The notes: generated by a model from the sequence alone, not told the origin. A stretch of 64,000 nucleotides of DNA from Chlamydiales bacterium (GCA_028278035.1 JANQFC010000065.1:91279-155278), one strand, 5' to 3'; shown: positions 35,224 to 46,113, numbered from the stretch's first letter. Program-made: numbers and translations.

Positions 35224-38200
35224 CTAATTTAAAAAACCTCTTTTTTTCTTGAGGTTACATTTAGGCTCATCTAAATCTCCTCTGATCGAAATAATAAAAG
35301 ACTCTGTGAATTTAAAAAGCACATATTGCTTCATGGCAATATTGATATAAATATTGCCGGCAAAATCAATATACGGCCTGCCCCCTTTGTCCGATAAGAA
35401 AAACTTAGACCTTTCATTTTCACTATATGAATCTTTCATTTCAGTTAAATAAAATTTGCCGTCTTTTGCCTCAAATTTGATCTTGCCTTTTACCGGGGTC
35501 AGAAGCTCCAAGTCCAGCCCGACAATACGAGAGAGAACATCGGTTGGAAACTCAAATACATGGTAGCCTCTTTTAAAGGAATTGATGAAATTTAAATGAC
35601 CTTTTCCAGTAAATGTTGTTTTATCAGAAAGTTTCCCCTTAAAATCATTTAAATTAAGCTCTCTTATCAAAAATGGGGTCATTTCTTCCATAGGCTGGTT
35701 TATTTTTTTGAAAAGAGAGGGTCTGAGCTCTTTTACTTTAACATTAGGTATCGAAAGATACCAATCATCCTCTTTTTTATTAAAAAGCATCTCATTAATC
35801 GATAATATACCTGAAGTATCACTTATTTTAAGATCCGTTACTTTGATATTATTGGCATCAATTTCAATATTTGAAAATAAAGTTTTAAACTGAAAATCTA
35901 GAAGTTCAAAATCTTTGCCGGAAAAAATACCTTTAAAACTTAAAAAATTATCCTTCTTGGGATCTACTTTTAAATGTCCGCTTAGAGAATAGCCTTTTCC
36001 TAAAATGTTTTTGGAAGACAAATCAAGAATATTCTTGGGCATAAGTTTTTTTGCTTCGGCTAAGTCCAGTTTCAAACTTCCAAATAAATTCGTGATATTC
36101 AAAGCATCATTATCTTCTTGAAAACAAGCATCTATTCCTGAAAAAGATCCTTTCATTTCTTTGATTCTTATATTCTCATCTATTAAATTCCAAAGAATTG
36201 TTAAAGGATGTAAAGACTTTTTATCATCAAAAGAAGTTTTAATAAAAATATCTTTTTTTAGCTCCACTTGATTATTAATTGAATAATAGTGCTCATTAAA
36301 AAGATATTTAAAATTTAAATCTACCTGATCAGGCAGATATTCAAAAACGATATCTTTGAAAAAGTGCTTTTTAGAATCAATTGAAAAATCAAAATTTTTC
36401 AGAAAAACACTTACATTGGATAAATCCGATAAACATTTGATATCTGCAGAAAAAACCATATCCTCATCAAAAGAAATCGTATCTAAAAATTGATGATACT
36501 TTTTAGACTGCAGATAATTTAAAAATACATTTTTAGGAATATGAAGATCAGAGTTCAATAACTTCCAATATTTTGTATTAAAATCATAACTTACTTTTCC
36601 TACCTGACAGTTTAAATAGGAAAGATCCATATCTTTACTATAAAAACTTAAATCCAGCCCCTGCAAAACAAGTTCATTGAACAAGGATAAATTAATATTA
36701 ATAGGCCCTGTATTATAAAGCCTAATCTTATCTATCACTAAATTACTGGGATTTAAGTCCAGGTCCATAACAAAATCAAAGTTTTTGTTTTTTATAGGAA
36801 GAGCGCAGACGATCGATCCCTTGCCCTTCAAATAACCGTCAATTGTATCGAAGGGAAAGTTGATATATTTAGATAAAAAGGACCTTAACTTTTTTAAATC
36901 AATTTTTGCCTCTAATATATCTGCTGTAAACTTAGCTTCATCCTGAAAAAAAAGCCCCTGTAGTTTTAGTAACAAGCTATCTTTCTTCTTAATATCCAAA
37001 TTGGAAACTTTATAAGCTTTTTCATCAATATTTATGGAAAAATTAGACTCAAAATCATCAAAAATAACTTTTTCTATATCAATTTTCGATTTCTTTTTAA
37101 TGCCGTTAATTTCTAAATAATTAACATTTTCATGGGTAATCGATAAATTTTTAGATAAAACGTTAAATTTTAAATCTTTATTTTCATCAGTTTTTAAAAA
37201 ATACTGAAAAGTCGCTTTAGAATCTGAAAATCTTAATAAATCGAAGTTATTAATAGGAATAATGCCCGTGTCGAATAAAAACTGAATCTTTGCAAAAAAT
37301 CTATCCGCACTTGTTGTGTTGGCAACAAAAATATTTTCAATTTCAAGTTTATTATTCAATATAAAATCTTGAATATTTAATTTATCAAAATAAAAATGAG
37401 ACAAATCATCATTTATAGAAATTTTGAACAGATCATTTTGATTTTTTACATTTGCTGCAATTCTCAATACATCTATGATCTCATTTTGCAGTCTAAAATC
37501 AAAATAAATACCATCTTTTGTGTTTTGAACAACAGGACATACAATTTGATATTTTTTATATATTAGATCCAATGTAGCTAAAATATTAGAAGCCTCAAAA
37601 GCGTTTTGAGAGGAATAGTTAAAATCCAAATTTAGATCATCGATCTGGCTATTATTGTTTAATACATAAAACCCATTTTTTATAGATCCATTAATAGACC
37701 AATCAAAATAGGTTTCTTCAGAGAATCTAGACGTTAATAAAAAAGAGCCTTCAATAGTTCCTTGAGCATCAATATTTTTATCATATTCAAAATGCCTTAC
37801 CAAATTTTGAAAAGATACAATATCTGATTTAAAATCCGTAATATTAATATCTAACAGCATATTATCAAGATCATTCATATCGAAACAGATATCTGCTTGA
37901 ATGGCAACACTATCAGCGCTAGAATCTTTGATCTGAGCATATAATTTATTTTTATCAATTTTAATATTTCCGGATTCCACTGCTAAATTTACATTGAATT
38001 TTGTAATTAAAAGGTTCCCTTTGAAATCAGGAGTCTTGAGATCAAAAAGACCATTTTTATAATTGATCTGAACATATTTATTTTTTTCAAAAGAAAAATT
38101 ATTCAGATTTCCGATTTGATCAATTTTCAATTCAACAAAAGGATTTTTATATGCTAGATTTTCACCTTTTAGCTGCATTGATATGCTATTATTCTTAAAA

Positions 38201-40083
38201 AAAACAGAAATATCGGCTTTTCCATAAATATCTAAATCAATATTGAAAAGCTGCGGCCATTTTTGTAGGTTTATTTTTTCAGCCCTTACCCATCCATTTT
38301 TTATAGAGTTATAAAAAGCAGATAAATTAAAAATAAAAATCTTATCTAGTTCAAAACCAAAAACAGCTTCCTGCAGATCGTTAAATTGAACATTGCCGCT
38401 CAAAGAATAATTCTTGTTTTTTTTCTTCAAAGTTATTACTGAAGAAAATTCATCTTCAAAGGTATTTAATTTTCCTTTTATCTTTGATAAAATATTAAAA
38501 TCCTTAATATGGCCTTTTATATCAAAAGCAAAAAAAACATCATCTAAATTAGCGGTTATTGCACTGGATTGAAAAATACCTTTTTCAGAATGAATTTCAG
38601 CATTAAAGTCTGTGATTTTCTTATCTTGAAATATAATAGCAGAGGAAAAAATTTTGAAACTGAAAAATGCATTCTCAAAAGGATCTTTTTTAGAAAAATC
38701 AAACAAGCTTCTGCCTTCGCAAAAACCTATATATACTTCGGTATTATTTTTTTTACATTTTAAATTTTCAATATTCAAATTTGTTAAAGCAACCGATTGA
38801 ATATTATTATTTTTTATTTCGAAATCAATAGAGGTATTTAATATACCCTGATTAAATGCAATATCATCCAATTGATTACTTACAGGCTTTATAATATCTT
38901 TTGTAATTTCTAAAAGATCATCATGTATATTTTCCAGATCTAATAATACATTAAAACTTTTAATATCTTTTTGTTTGGCCCTTAAACAAATCCTGCTTTT
39001 TTTCTCATCAATCAGACATTGAAAATCCAGCCAGTCAGCTACAGAAGAAGCAAAATAACCTCTCATATCAATAGCAATATCATGCTTAATATCGTTATCA
39101 ACAAATCCGGTAATACTCAACTTCGGGCCAACTCCCGGATTAAAAGAAAAAAGTCCTTTTAGATCTGTAAATTTTGTTTTATGACAAGCAGAAACCGCCT
39201 GCATTTTATCGAAATTTAATCTAACCTTGGATTTTTTAAAAATGTCATTTTTTAAAAAATTTAAAAAGATCACATCATTTTCAAAAACATCCGGATAATC
39301 AAACTCTAAATGGCATTTGGCCATATCATATTGTAAAGCAGTCTTTTGATCATAAAAAGATATCTCGGAAAAATCCAAGTTAGAAACCACACTTCCAATA
39401 TTATTATTTCTAATCGAAAAATTAAAAAGTCCTTTTATATTGCCCTTTATATTTTGAATATAATCAACATCAAAAAAAGAAAGTATCGAATTTAAATTTT
39501 TTAAATCAATTTTTGTAATATCACTTGAGATATTTATATCCTTGTCAATTTTATTGATCATAACATCAATTTTTTGATCTTTGTTATCACCAAAAAATAA
39601 ACAAACATTGTCATTATGTTCATTTTTTTTAACTAAATCAAAAAAAATACAAGAAGTTGTCTTGCTGTCTATTAAAAAAACTTTTCCATTTGAAATATTT
39701 AAAGATAAATCAATTAATTTATTTCCTGATTTTTTTACGTCTAATAATGATTTAAATTGATCTTTGTATAAAAAAGCTTTTAAGTCCTCTATAAAAATAC
39801 TCGTTTTAAACTTGGCCTTAAATAAATTAAAATCAATATTGATCAAGATTTTTTCAGTGTTAATTTTATTATTGTTCTTTGTAGTAAAACAGGCCTCTTT
39901 CAAAATAATCTTATTTTTTTCAATGTCTAAAGATTTATAATTAAGACTTGCAGATATAACTCTTTTTGCTTCAAATTTTAAAAAGGTCGAAATACTAAAA
40001 GATAATATCGGCTTTATAAAGATAACCGTCGATATAAGCACTATAGAAACTACCGATAATATAATCTTTTTGTTTTTAGACAT
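35224..40083 (-). CDS. Giant envelope protein (1619 aa), AsmA/TamB-like by architecture
   Basis: Single N-terminal TM anchor (KKIILSVVSIVLISTVIFI), followed by about 1550 aa of Asn/Lys/Phe/Ile-rich beta-type sequence. Assignment rests on size and architecture only. Confidence 0.35.
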   Translation of the reverse strand: MSKNKKIILSVVSIVLISTVIFIKPILSFSISTFLKFEAKRVISASLNYKSLDIEKNKIILKEACFTTKNNNKINTEKILINIDFNLFKAKFKTSIFIEDLKAFLYKDQFKSLLDVKKSGNKLIDLSLNISNGKVFLIDSKTTSCIFFDLVKKNEHNDNVCLFFGDNKDQKIDVMINKIDKDINISSDITKIDLKNLNSILSFFDVDYIQNIKGNIKGLFNFSIRNNNIGSVVSNLDFSEISFYDQKTALQYDMAKCHLEFDYPDVFENDVIFLNFLKNDIFKKSKVRLNFDKMQAVSACHKTKFTDLKGLFSFNPGVGPKLSITGFVDNDIKHDIAIDMRGYFASSVADWLDFQCLIDEKKSRICLRAKQKDIKSFNVLLDLENIHDDLLEITKDIIKPVSNQLDDIAFNQGILNTSIDFEIKNNNIQSVALTNLNIENLKCKKNNTEVYIGFCEGRSLFDFSKKDPFENAFFSFKIFSSAIIFQDKKITDFNAEIHSEKGIFQSSAITANLDDVFFAFDIKGHIKDFNILSKIKGKLNTFEDEFSSVITLKKKNKNYSLSGNVQFNDLQEAVFGFELDKIFIFNLSAFYNSIKNGWVRAEKINLQKWPQLFNIDLDIYGKADISVFFKNNSISMQLKGENLAYKNPFVELKIDQIGNLNNFSFEKNKYVQINYKNGLFDLKTPDFKGNLLITKFNVNLAVESGNIKIDKNKLYAQIKDSSADSVAIQADICFDMNDLDNMLLDINITDFKSDIVSFQNLVRHFEYDKNIDAQGTIEGSFLLTSRFSEETYFDWSINGSIKNGFYVLNNNSQIDDLNLDFNYSSQNAFEASNILATLDLIYKKYQIVCPVVQNTKDGIYFDFRLQNEIIDVLRIAANVKNQNDLFKISINDDLSHFYFDKLNIQDFILNNKLEIENIFVANTTSADRFFAKIQFLFDTGIIPINNFDLLRFSDSKATFQYFLKTDENKDLKFNVLSKNLSITHENVNYLEINGIKKKSKIDIEKVIFDDFESNFSINIDEKAYKVSNLDIKKKDSLLLKLQGLFFQDEAKFTADILEAKIDLKKLRSFLSKYINFPFDTIDGYLKGKGSIVCALPIKNKNFDFVMDLDLNPSNLVIDKIRLYNTGPININLSLFNELVLQGLDLSFYSKDMDLSYLNCQVGKVSYDFNTKYWKLLNSDLHIPKNVFLNYLQSKKYHQFLDTISFDEDMVFSADIKCLSDLSNVSVFLKNFDFSIDSKKHFFKDIVFEYLPDQVDLNFKYLFNEHYYSINNQVELKKDIFIKTSFDDKKSLHPLTILWNLIDENIRIKEMKGSFSGIDACFQEDNDALNITNLFGSLKLDLAEAKKLMPKNILDLSSKNILGKGYSLSGHLKVDPKKDNFLSFKGIFSGKDFELLDFQFKTLFSNIEIDANNIKVTDLKISDTSGILSINEMLFNKKEDDWYLSIPNVKVKELRPSLFKKINQPMEEMTPFLIRELNLNDFKGKLSDKTTFTGKGHLNFINSFKRGYHVFEFPTDVLSRIVGLDLELLTPVKGKIKFEAKDGKFYLTEMKDSYSENERSKFFLSDKGGRPYIDFAGNIYINIAMKQYVLFKFTESFIISIRGDLDEPKCNLKKKRGFLN

Positions 40084-40154
40084 TTAAAAAATATATTTAA
40101 ATCAATTTTATTGTTGATTATATCATAAAAAAATCTATTGAAAAGAAATAATGG

Positions 40155-40517
40155 CTATTTAGATACTTTTTTTTCATATTTTTTTAAATCCATTAAAGCA
40201 TCTAACTCTTTAGGATTTTTCATTTTTACTTTAAAAATCCAGCCATCTTTTTCCGGAGAAGAATTCAAAATACTTATGTTTTCAGATAAAGTCTGATTAA
40301 TTTCAATAATAGTTCCGGATATTGGGCTATGAACATCCACCGCAGCTTTATTGGACTCAATAATACAAACCTCCTGATCTTTTGTTACTTCTTTATTTAC
40401 TTCCGGAAGTTTAATATTTACAATATCTCCTAAATGCATCCTGCCATAGTTTGTAATTCCAACAGTTGCTATTTCATTATTTTGATCTACCCATTCATGC
40501 GTTTGAGAAAATTTCAT
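40155..40517 (-). CDS. gcvH: Glycine cleavage system H-like lipoyl carrier protein
   Basis: 120 aa. 'THEWV' and the lipoyl-lysine context 'IIESNKAAVDVHSPISG'. Confidence 0.9.
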   Translation of the reverse strand: MKFSQTHEWVDQNNEIATVGITNYGRMHLGDIVNIKLPEVNKEVTKDQEVCIIESNKAAVDVHSPISGTIIEINQTLSENISILNSSPEKDGWIFKVKMKNPKELDALMDLKKYEKKVSK

Positions 40518-40568
40518 ACACCACCTCTTTTTTTATATTAATATATAAAAAACAAAGAAAAATAACAG

Positions 40569-41201
40569 TTAGTTTTTTAATCCCATACTAGCCCAAAGAT
40601 GAGGACTTCTTTCTATATTATGTTCTAAAGATGATACTGAAAAATGCTGCGCCGGCTCCAGATATCTATTAATCCTATATGTAAATCCAATAGTCTTGTA
40701 ATTAGAAGGATCATATCCAAATAAGGCTTCTTTTGGAATGAAAACATCTAATAAATATCCTGTTTTAGATATCTTGGAATCTACTTCCAATACATCAAAA
40801 TTACAGATCTTATGCATATCATCACTTCTGAAACGAGTAATTTCTTTTCCTTTTGTTTTTTGTACAGCCTCTGCCATAAAAACAAAATGATGACAAAACT
40901 TTGTAAGATATCCCTGAGTCTTTAAGTTTCTTGTATCCACAAATACTTCAATGCTATCGCCTCTTTTAACCTCAGGATATGTAGATTTTGTGAAAGGATG
41001 TTTTACATCAAAATGAAAATAAAGCCCTGCCATATCCCATGTCATATAAACTTTGGCAAATTCGTCCTCATTTAAAAACTTTGATGTATTAGCAAGAAGG
41101 TTTTTATTATTTATAAGTTTTATTTTTGATACATATTTTTCAATATCTGTTTTGATATCAAAAAAGTTTAAAACATTAATCTTTGAAATATTTTCAAACA
41201 T
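40569..41201 (-). CDS. Hypothetical protein, possibly a CBM9/DOMON-like beta-sandwich
   Basis: Pattern 'W..AGLYFHFDV....D.IEVFVD' resembles carbohydrate-binding family 9-like domains. This is a weak, by-eye call. 8-nt overlap with the upstream gene. Confidence 0.3.
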   Translation of the reverse strand: MFENISKINVLNFFDIKTDIEKYVSKIKLINNKNLLANTSKFLNEDEFAKVYMTWDMAGLYFHFDVKHPFTKSTYPEVKRGDSIEVFVDTRNLKTQGYLTKFCHHFVFMAEAVQKTKGKEITRFRSDDMHKICNFDVLEVDSKISKTGYLLDVFIPKEALFGYDPSNYKTIGFTYRINRYLEPAQHFSVSSLEHNIERSPHLWASMGLKN

Positions 41202-43410
41202 CTTTATTTTCTACTCTAACAGGCACTACAATAGAATTTTTTTGCATAATCTGTTTTAAAACTTTGTTAAGCAGTATATTTTGAATTTCAAAAGATAACG
41301 CTTCTTTTTGTTTTTCAAAATTATCCTGGGACAGTTCCCCATTTTTAAATTCATTTAACTTAAAAAATAAAATACTGCCTTCCTGCATCTGTATTTTAGA
41401 ATATTCATTAGTTTTCATATTAAAGGCCAAACTTTCCATCCACTTTGGATCTTTAGACCTTGAAAGCTCAATATTATTAATATTTAATTTCCATTGCTCA
41501 TTTAGCTTGTTTAATTTTTCCGACTCGTTTTGAGCTAAATTATAAACGCTATTTACAAATGGATATAATCGGTATTTTGCATAAGAATTTAAAGTATTAT
41601 CTTTTGTTAAACTCTTGATCTCTTTTAAAATATCTGCAAAAACAATTTGAAAAACCTGAATTTTAACTTTTGAAAAAGCCTTATAACTATCATCTTCATT
41701 TTTAAATTCCGCATGATTTGCCCTGATTTCCAAATATTTTTCATTTAAATATTTATCAACCACCTTATCAATAGTCTTATCTTCACATGCCTGTTTAAAA
41801 GAAATAATATATTTTTCTTTTGGTCTTTGAACAACTTCAAAGCTTAAAAACGTATCATCGTCTTGAGTATATTTTAAGATCTTATCTTTTTTCTCCAAAA
41901 GATCTAAAAATTCTTTTTTATTTTTTAAATTAACAGGAATATTAAAATTATTGTCCCTTACATTTACTGTAAGAGTGTTAAAGTCTTTTGCATTTAAAGC
42001 ATTAGAAATAATATCCGGTGATTCTTTTATCATTTCGAGCCTGGAAAAATTATCGATTCTCGCTCTCGTTTCATAATTTAATTTTTCTAATATGTCATAT
42101 CTTTTTGATCTGTCCACCTCGTTTTGGACCTCAGGAAATTTATTTCTGATCTTTTCAAAATTCTGATCTTCCAACTGCCATGAATACATATCCTTGATTT
42201 TTATTTTTACAGCCGCAGAGTCTAAATTTATATCTTTTATTTTTATTTCATACTGTTTTTCTACAAGCTCCGGATATAACTTTTCTACATGTTCTACTTT
42301 TTTTAATTCATTGGGGAGATCAATACTTTTTCTGGCAACTATATCTAAATAAACATCGAATTTCATTAAGTCATCAAAATTTTTCAATTTCAGATGATCC
42401 GGAAGCTCATATACCGTAACGTCTGCTTTTGTTGCCGCAAAAGATGCAAACTCTTTTTGCGCTAGATTATCTAAAATTGCGTTATTAGAGACATCTGTGA
42501 AATATTTTCTAAAAAGCATTACTTTTTGCCAAATATTTACAGCATTTTTCTCATCAAGGCCTAATATTTGAAGCTGTTTATTAAAATACTCAGAAAAAGA
42601 TCCCTGCAGTTTATTTTGATCGATCGCTTTTTTTAAATTTTTGCTTAAAGAAGCCAAAGCCTCATCATATGTAACGCTGTAGCCTTTTTCTGAAGCTATT
42701 TTTGCTACATTAATAATCAACTGGCTTGTGATATCAATAAAATCTTTTCCGAACCAGTCCATTGCATTTTTATGATTAAACAAACTTATCTGATCCTGAT
42801 ATAATCTCATATCAGGCTCAATATTCGATGTCTGTTTTTCCTGATATATCATCATTCTCTGCATAACTGATGAGGAAAAGCGCATCTCTTCTAAATACAG
42901 GTCCAAATAATTATTTATAAAATCTAAACTTACTTCTTTTTTTTCTTTTATGCTAACGAGCTTTGAGATCATGTCCGGATTCACTCTTTTCCAAATATTT
43001 TCAGCAGAAATATTTGAATCGGACATATGAACAAAAGGCCTATAATTTACTATTTTATTAAATCTTTGATCAATTGAAGGTTTGATTTGATCAAAATACT
43101 TTTCGAATATTACTTTCGCTAAACCTGTTTTTATCAGATCATTTCTAATAACCCCGTCATTAAAGAAATTTGGGATCAAATTATTTGAATGATAAATATC
43201 ATGCGCATCAGTTGCCAAAAAATAAGACAGCCTTTCAATGTCAGATAATTTTATTTTACTTCCATCAATCGCTTCCGCTATAACCTTATCTTTAGGTTTT
43301 TTGACTCCCTGTATAGCTGACTGAGTTCCAAAAAAAGAAAAAGTGACTACAATGAAAAATATTACAATTACAAAAAATATTTTCTGATATTTTCTGAGAA
43401 ACGTTAGCAT
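41194..43410 (-). CDS. Membrane-anchored periplasmic chaperone-like protein (PpiD/SurA-N-like architecture)
   Basis: 738 aa. N-terminal 'MLTFLRKYQKIFFVIVIFFIVVTFSFFG' is PpiD-like. Long helical periplasmic region. No clear PPIase motif seen. Confidence 0.4.
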   Translation of the reverse strand: MLTFLRKYQKIFFVIVIFFIVVTFSFFGTQSAIQGVKKPKDKVIAEAIDGSKIKLSDIERLSYFLATDAHDIYHSNNLIPNFFNDGVIRNDLIKTGLAKVIFEKYFDQIKPSIDQRFNKIVNYRPFVHMSDSNISAENIWKRVNPDMISKLVSIKEKKEVSLDFINNYLDLYLEEMRFSSSVMQRMMIYQEKQTSNIEPDMRLYQDQISLFNHKNAMDWFGKDFIDITSQLIINVAKIASEKGYSVTYDEALASLSKNLKKAIDQNKLQGSFSEYFNKQLQILGLDEKNAVNIWQKVMLFRKYFTDVSNNAILDNLAQKEFASFAATKADVTVYELPDHLKLKNFDDLMKFDVYLDIVARKSIDLPNELKKVEHVEKLYPELVEKQYEIKIKDINLDSAAVKIKIKDMYSWQLEDQNFEKIRNKFPEVQNEVDRSKRYDILEKLNYETRARIDNFSRLEMIKESPDIISNALNAKDFNTLTVNVRDNNFNIPVNLKNKKEFLDLLEKKDKILKYTQDDDTFLSFEVVQRPKEKYIISFKQACEDKTIDKVVDKYLNEKYLEIRANHAEFKNEDDSYKAFSKVKIQVFQIVFADILKEIKSLTKDNTLNSYAKYRLYPFVNSVYNLAQNESEKLNKLNEQWKLNINNIELSRSKDPKWMESLAFNMKTNEYSKIQMQEGSILFFKLNEFKNGELSQDNFEKQKEALSFEIQNILLNKVLKQIMQKNSIVVPVRVENKDV

Positions 43411-43422
43411 CGGTTAACTCCT

Positions 43423-44922
43423 TTAATAGGCTTTGGCAAAAATTACTTGTTTATTTGTTTGTTTATTACAAAAAATGCATTTTCCATCTTTTTCTTCATC
43501 CAAAATACATCTGGCTGTAACAGAAAAATCTGATTTTAATTTTTCTTCTTCTTTTTCATCCAAGCAAAAGCTAACTTTTGCAAAGCCAGCTTCTTTTTTA
43601 GATGTAAAAAAATTATCAAATTCACTTTTACTTTTAATTTCTAAGGTGTTTGCTTTCAAAAACTCTTGAGCTTTTGAAAATAATTGATTGTGAATATCGT
43701 CTAATAAATTAACAGCATCTTTAATAAAGCTGTCTATTTCAATACTTTTCTTTTCCTGCGTATCTCTTCTTAAAACAAAAACGGATTTTTTCTCTAAATC
43801 TTTCACTCCGATTTCGATAATCAAAGGGATGCCTTTTTTTATCCATGACCATTTCTTTTCTCCACCCCTAATGTCCCGAGTATCTATTTCCACCTCTATA
43901 TTACTACCATGATATAATGTCTTTTTCAGTTTGCTTTTAATGTTCTCACATTCATTTAATATCTTGTCTGCCATCTCTTTTTTATGCATTACGGGTAAAA
44001 TAACAATATGAGTTGGAGCTATTCTCGGAGGCAGGACCAATCCGTCATCATCGGAATGCATCATGATCAAAGCGCCGATAAGTCTGGTTGTCACACCCCA
44101 TGATGTAGTCCATGCATATTTAATATTAGAATCTTCATCCGTAAATTTGATATCACATGACTTCGAAAAATTTTGCCCTAAAAAATGAGACGTCCCAGCT
44201 TGCAACGCTTTTCCATCCTGCATCATGGCTTCAAACGCATAAGTATCTTCGGCCCCCGGAAACTTTTCCATTTTTGTTTTTTTGCCTTTGACTACCGGCA
44301 TAGCCAAATAATTTTTGCAAAAATCAATGTAGACATCAAGCATTTTCAAAGTTTCGTCTTCCGCTTCTTTTTTAGTTGCATGTACAGTATGGCCTTCCTG
44401 CCACAAAAACTCGGTTGTTCTTAAAAACATCCGTGTTCTCATTTCCCATCTGACAATATTTGCCCATTGATTTATCAACAGCGGTAAGTCCCTATATGAC
44501 TCTACCCATCTGGAAAACATCTCTCCTATTATCATCTCAGATGTCGGTCTTACAACCAAAGGCTCTTCTAACTTAGAATTTTCAGCAGGGACCAGCTTAC
44601 CTTCTTTTTTTTCCAGCCTATGATGAGTAACAATAGCGCATTCTTTGGCAAACCCTTCAACATGCTTTGCTTCTTTTTCCAAAAAAGAAACAGGCACGAA
44701 AAGAGGAAAATACGCGTTTTTATGACCGGTATCTTTAATCTTTTTATTCAAAATATACTGGATGCTCTCCCATATCCCATATCCCCAAGGCTTTATTACC
44801 ATACAGCCTCTTACTGGAGAAGATTCTGCCAAGTCTGCTGCTTTTATAACTTCTTGATACCACTGAGGATAATTTTCTTTCCGAGTAGGTGTGATAGCCG
44901 TTTTTTTCATACATTCATCCAA
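43423..44922 (-). CDS. proS: Prolyl-tRNA synthetase, archaeal/eukaryotic-like type
   Basis: Class II motifs ('RPTSE', 'FLRTTEFLWQEGHT', 'GTSHFLGQNF'), a C-terminal Cys-containing domain, and a terminal Tyr ('FAKAY'). The true start may be the ATG at 44910. Confidence 0.92.
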   Translation of the reverse strand: MDECMKKTAITPTRKENYPQWYQEVIKAADLAESSPVRGCMVIKPWGYGIWESIQYILNKKIKDTGHKNAYFPLFVPVSFLEKEAKHVEGFAKECAIVTHHRLEKKEGKLVPAENSKLEEPLVVRPTSEMIIGEMFSRWVESYRDLPLLINQWANIVRWEMRTRMFLRTTEFLWQEGHTVHATKKEAEDETLKMLDVYIDFCKNYLAMPVVKGKKTKMEKFPGAEDTYAFEAMMQDGKALQAGTSHFLGQNFSKSCDIKFTDEDSNIKYAWTTSWGVTTRLIGALIMMHSDDDGLVLPPRIAPTHIVILPVMHKKEMADKILNECENIKSKLKKTLYHGSNIEVEIDTRDIRGGEKKWSWIKKGIPLIIEIGVKDLEKKSVFVLRRDTQEKKSIEIDSFIKDAVNLLDDIHNQLFSKAQEFLKANTLEIKSKSEFDNFFTSKKEAGFAKVSFCLDEKEEEKLKSDFSVTARCILDEEKDGKCIFCNKQTNKQVIFAKAY

Positions 44923-44973
44923 TCATTTTTTGAAATTGATAGTATACATCCAAATTTAATTATTGTGAAAGTC

Positions 44974-45660
44974 TTAAGAAAGTCTTTTTGTAAAAAACTT
45001 CGTTAGATTATTTTTTACTAATATTCTTTTATCTTCAATACTTCCTTCAGGAAATATTGGATAAGAAGTATTAAAAATGGCATCGGCCACATCTTTTTCC
45101 ACTAAAACGTCCGTTAAATAAGAAAAATCAGGCTTTATCAAACAAATACTTGCCTGATGTAAGTATCCATTTTTTTTTCTTCTTTGAGAGGCTCCTGCTA
45201 TTTTTCTGCCGTTGTAAATAACATCGTATTTGGTAGGTTTTGCCATACAAAAATTATCGAATGTTAAATTTTTATTTTTAAATTCCACATCTGTTAAAGT
45301 ACTTTTTTTTATAAATTCTTTCAAAGCGTCCAGAGTAATGGTATTTACAAATTTGTAGTTATTTAAAGGGTCTAAAAAAAAGTCTTTATGATCAGACGGC
45401 AACAAAAAAGAAAATGCGAAGTCCCAAATATGAAAAACGATTCCTCCACCTGTCGGTCTTTTAGCTAGATTCAGCTTTATTTGTTTAGCTTTATTAAAGT
45501 CGATAAACTTTCCTATATTAATAAAATGGCCATATGTCAGGCTATTAGCCTGCCAATCATAAAAATGCAAAATAGGTTCTTTTAGTTCTTCTAAAAAAAT
45601 CGCATCTATCTGCATGTTTTTTTCAGCAAAGTTTTTGCCAGTATCTATTATGTTTAACAT
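44974..45660 (-). CDS. Lipoate-protein ligase A family protein (BPL_LplA_LipB domain)
   Basis: 'RPTGGGIVFH' and 'GRKIAGASQRR' correspond to the LplA-type RRxxGGGAVxH and K-x-(S/A)-G motifs. Confidence 0.65.
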   Translation of the reverse strand: MLNIIDTGKNFAEKNMQIDAIFLEELKEPILHFYDWQANSLTYGHFINIGKFIDFNKAKQIKLNLAKRPTGGGIVFHIWDFAFSFLLPSDHKDFFLDPLNNYKFVNTITLDALKEFIKKSTLTDVEFKNKNLTFDNFCMAKPTKYDVIYNGRKIAGASQRRKKNGYLHQASICLIKPDFSYLTDVLVEKDVADAIFNTSYPIFPEGSIEDKRILVKNNLTKFFTKRLS

Positions 45661-45736
45661 AACAATTTACTATTTTTGCTTTATATTATCTGGCTTTTTG
45701 CATATATTTGCCAAACTAAAAAAATTTGAGGTATTT

Positions 45737-46113
45737 ATGGCCACATTAAACAAAACATTAATGAGTTTTTACTCAAATTACATCTCCAGCAACTTTACCC
45801 CCCCTGCCAATATTTAAATTCAATGCAAGTTACGCAGCTGCAAAGTTCTTTGGACTTAAATATATCTAACTTAGAACAAGTGGTAAGACAAGCTTTGGCC
45901 TATATTCAGGAAGCTCCTTTACCCCCGCTTCCTGCAACTCTTGCCAATCAAACATATTTTCAAGAAGTTCATAAAATATTAATTACAGGCAATATTATAC
46001 TTTGCTTATTGCCCTGTTTGAAAAAAGCCCGATTAAAAAATCAGTCAGAATTAACGGACTATGATTTTTTTAATAAAATTAACGCAATTGTAATCAGTTA
46101 TATTTACATTTAG
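45737..46113 (+). pseudogene. Small ORF split at a C7 tract: 26 codons (45737-45817) plus 96 codons (45823-46113) in the +1 frame
   Basis: The C7 run is at 45798-45804. Adding one C joins MATLNKTLMSFYSNYISSNFTPP to CQYLNSMQVTQLQ... with no intervening stop (checked codon by codon). Confidence 0.3.

Noticed and set aside
44620-45006. 128-aa plus-strand ORF spanning the proS start and the lplA-like gene end
   Set aside because: It overlaps two well-supported minus-strand genes. The sequence is Phe/Cys/Arg-rich with no motif.
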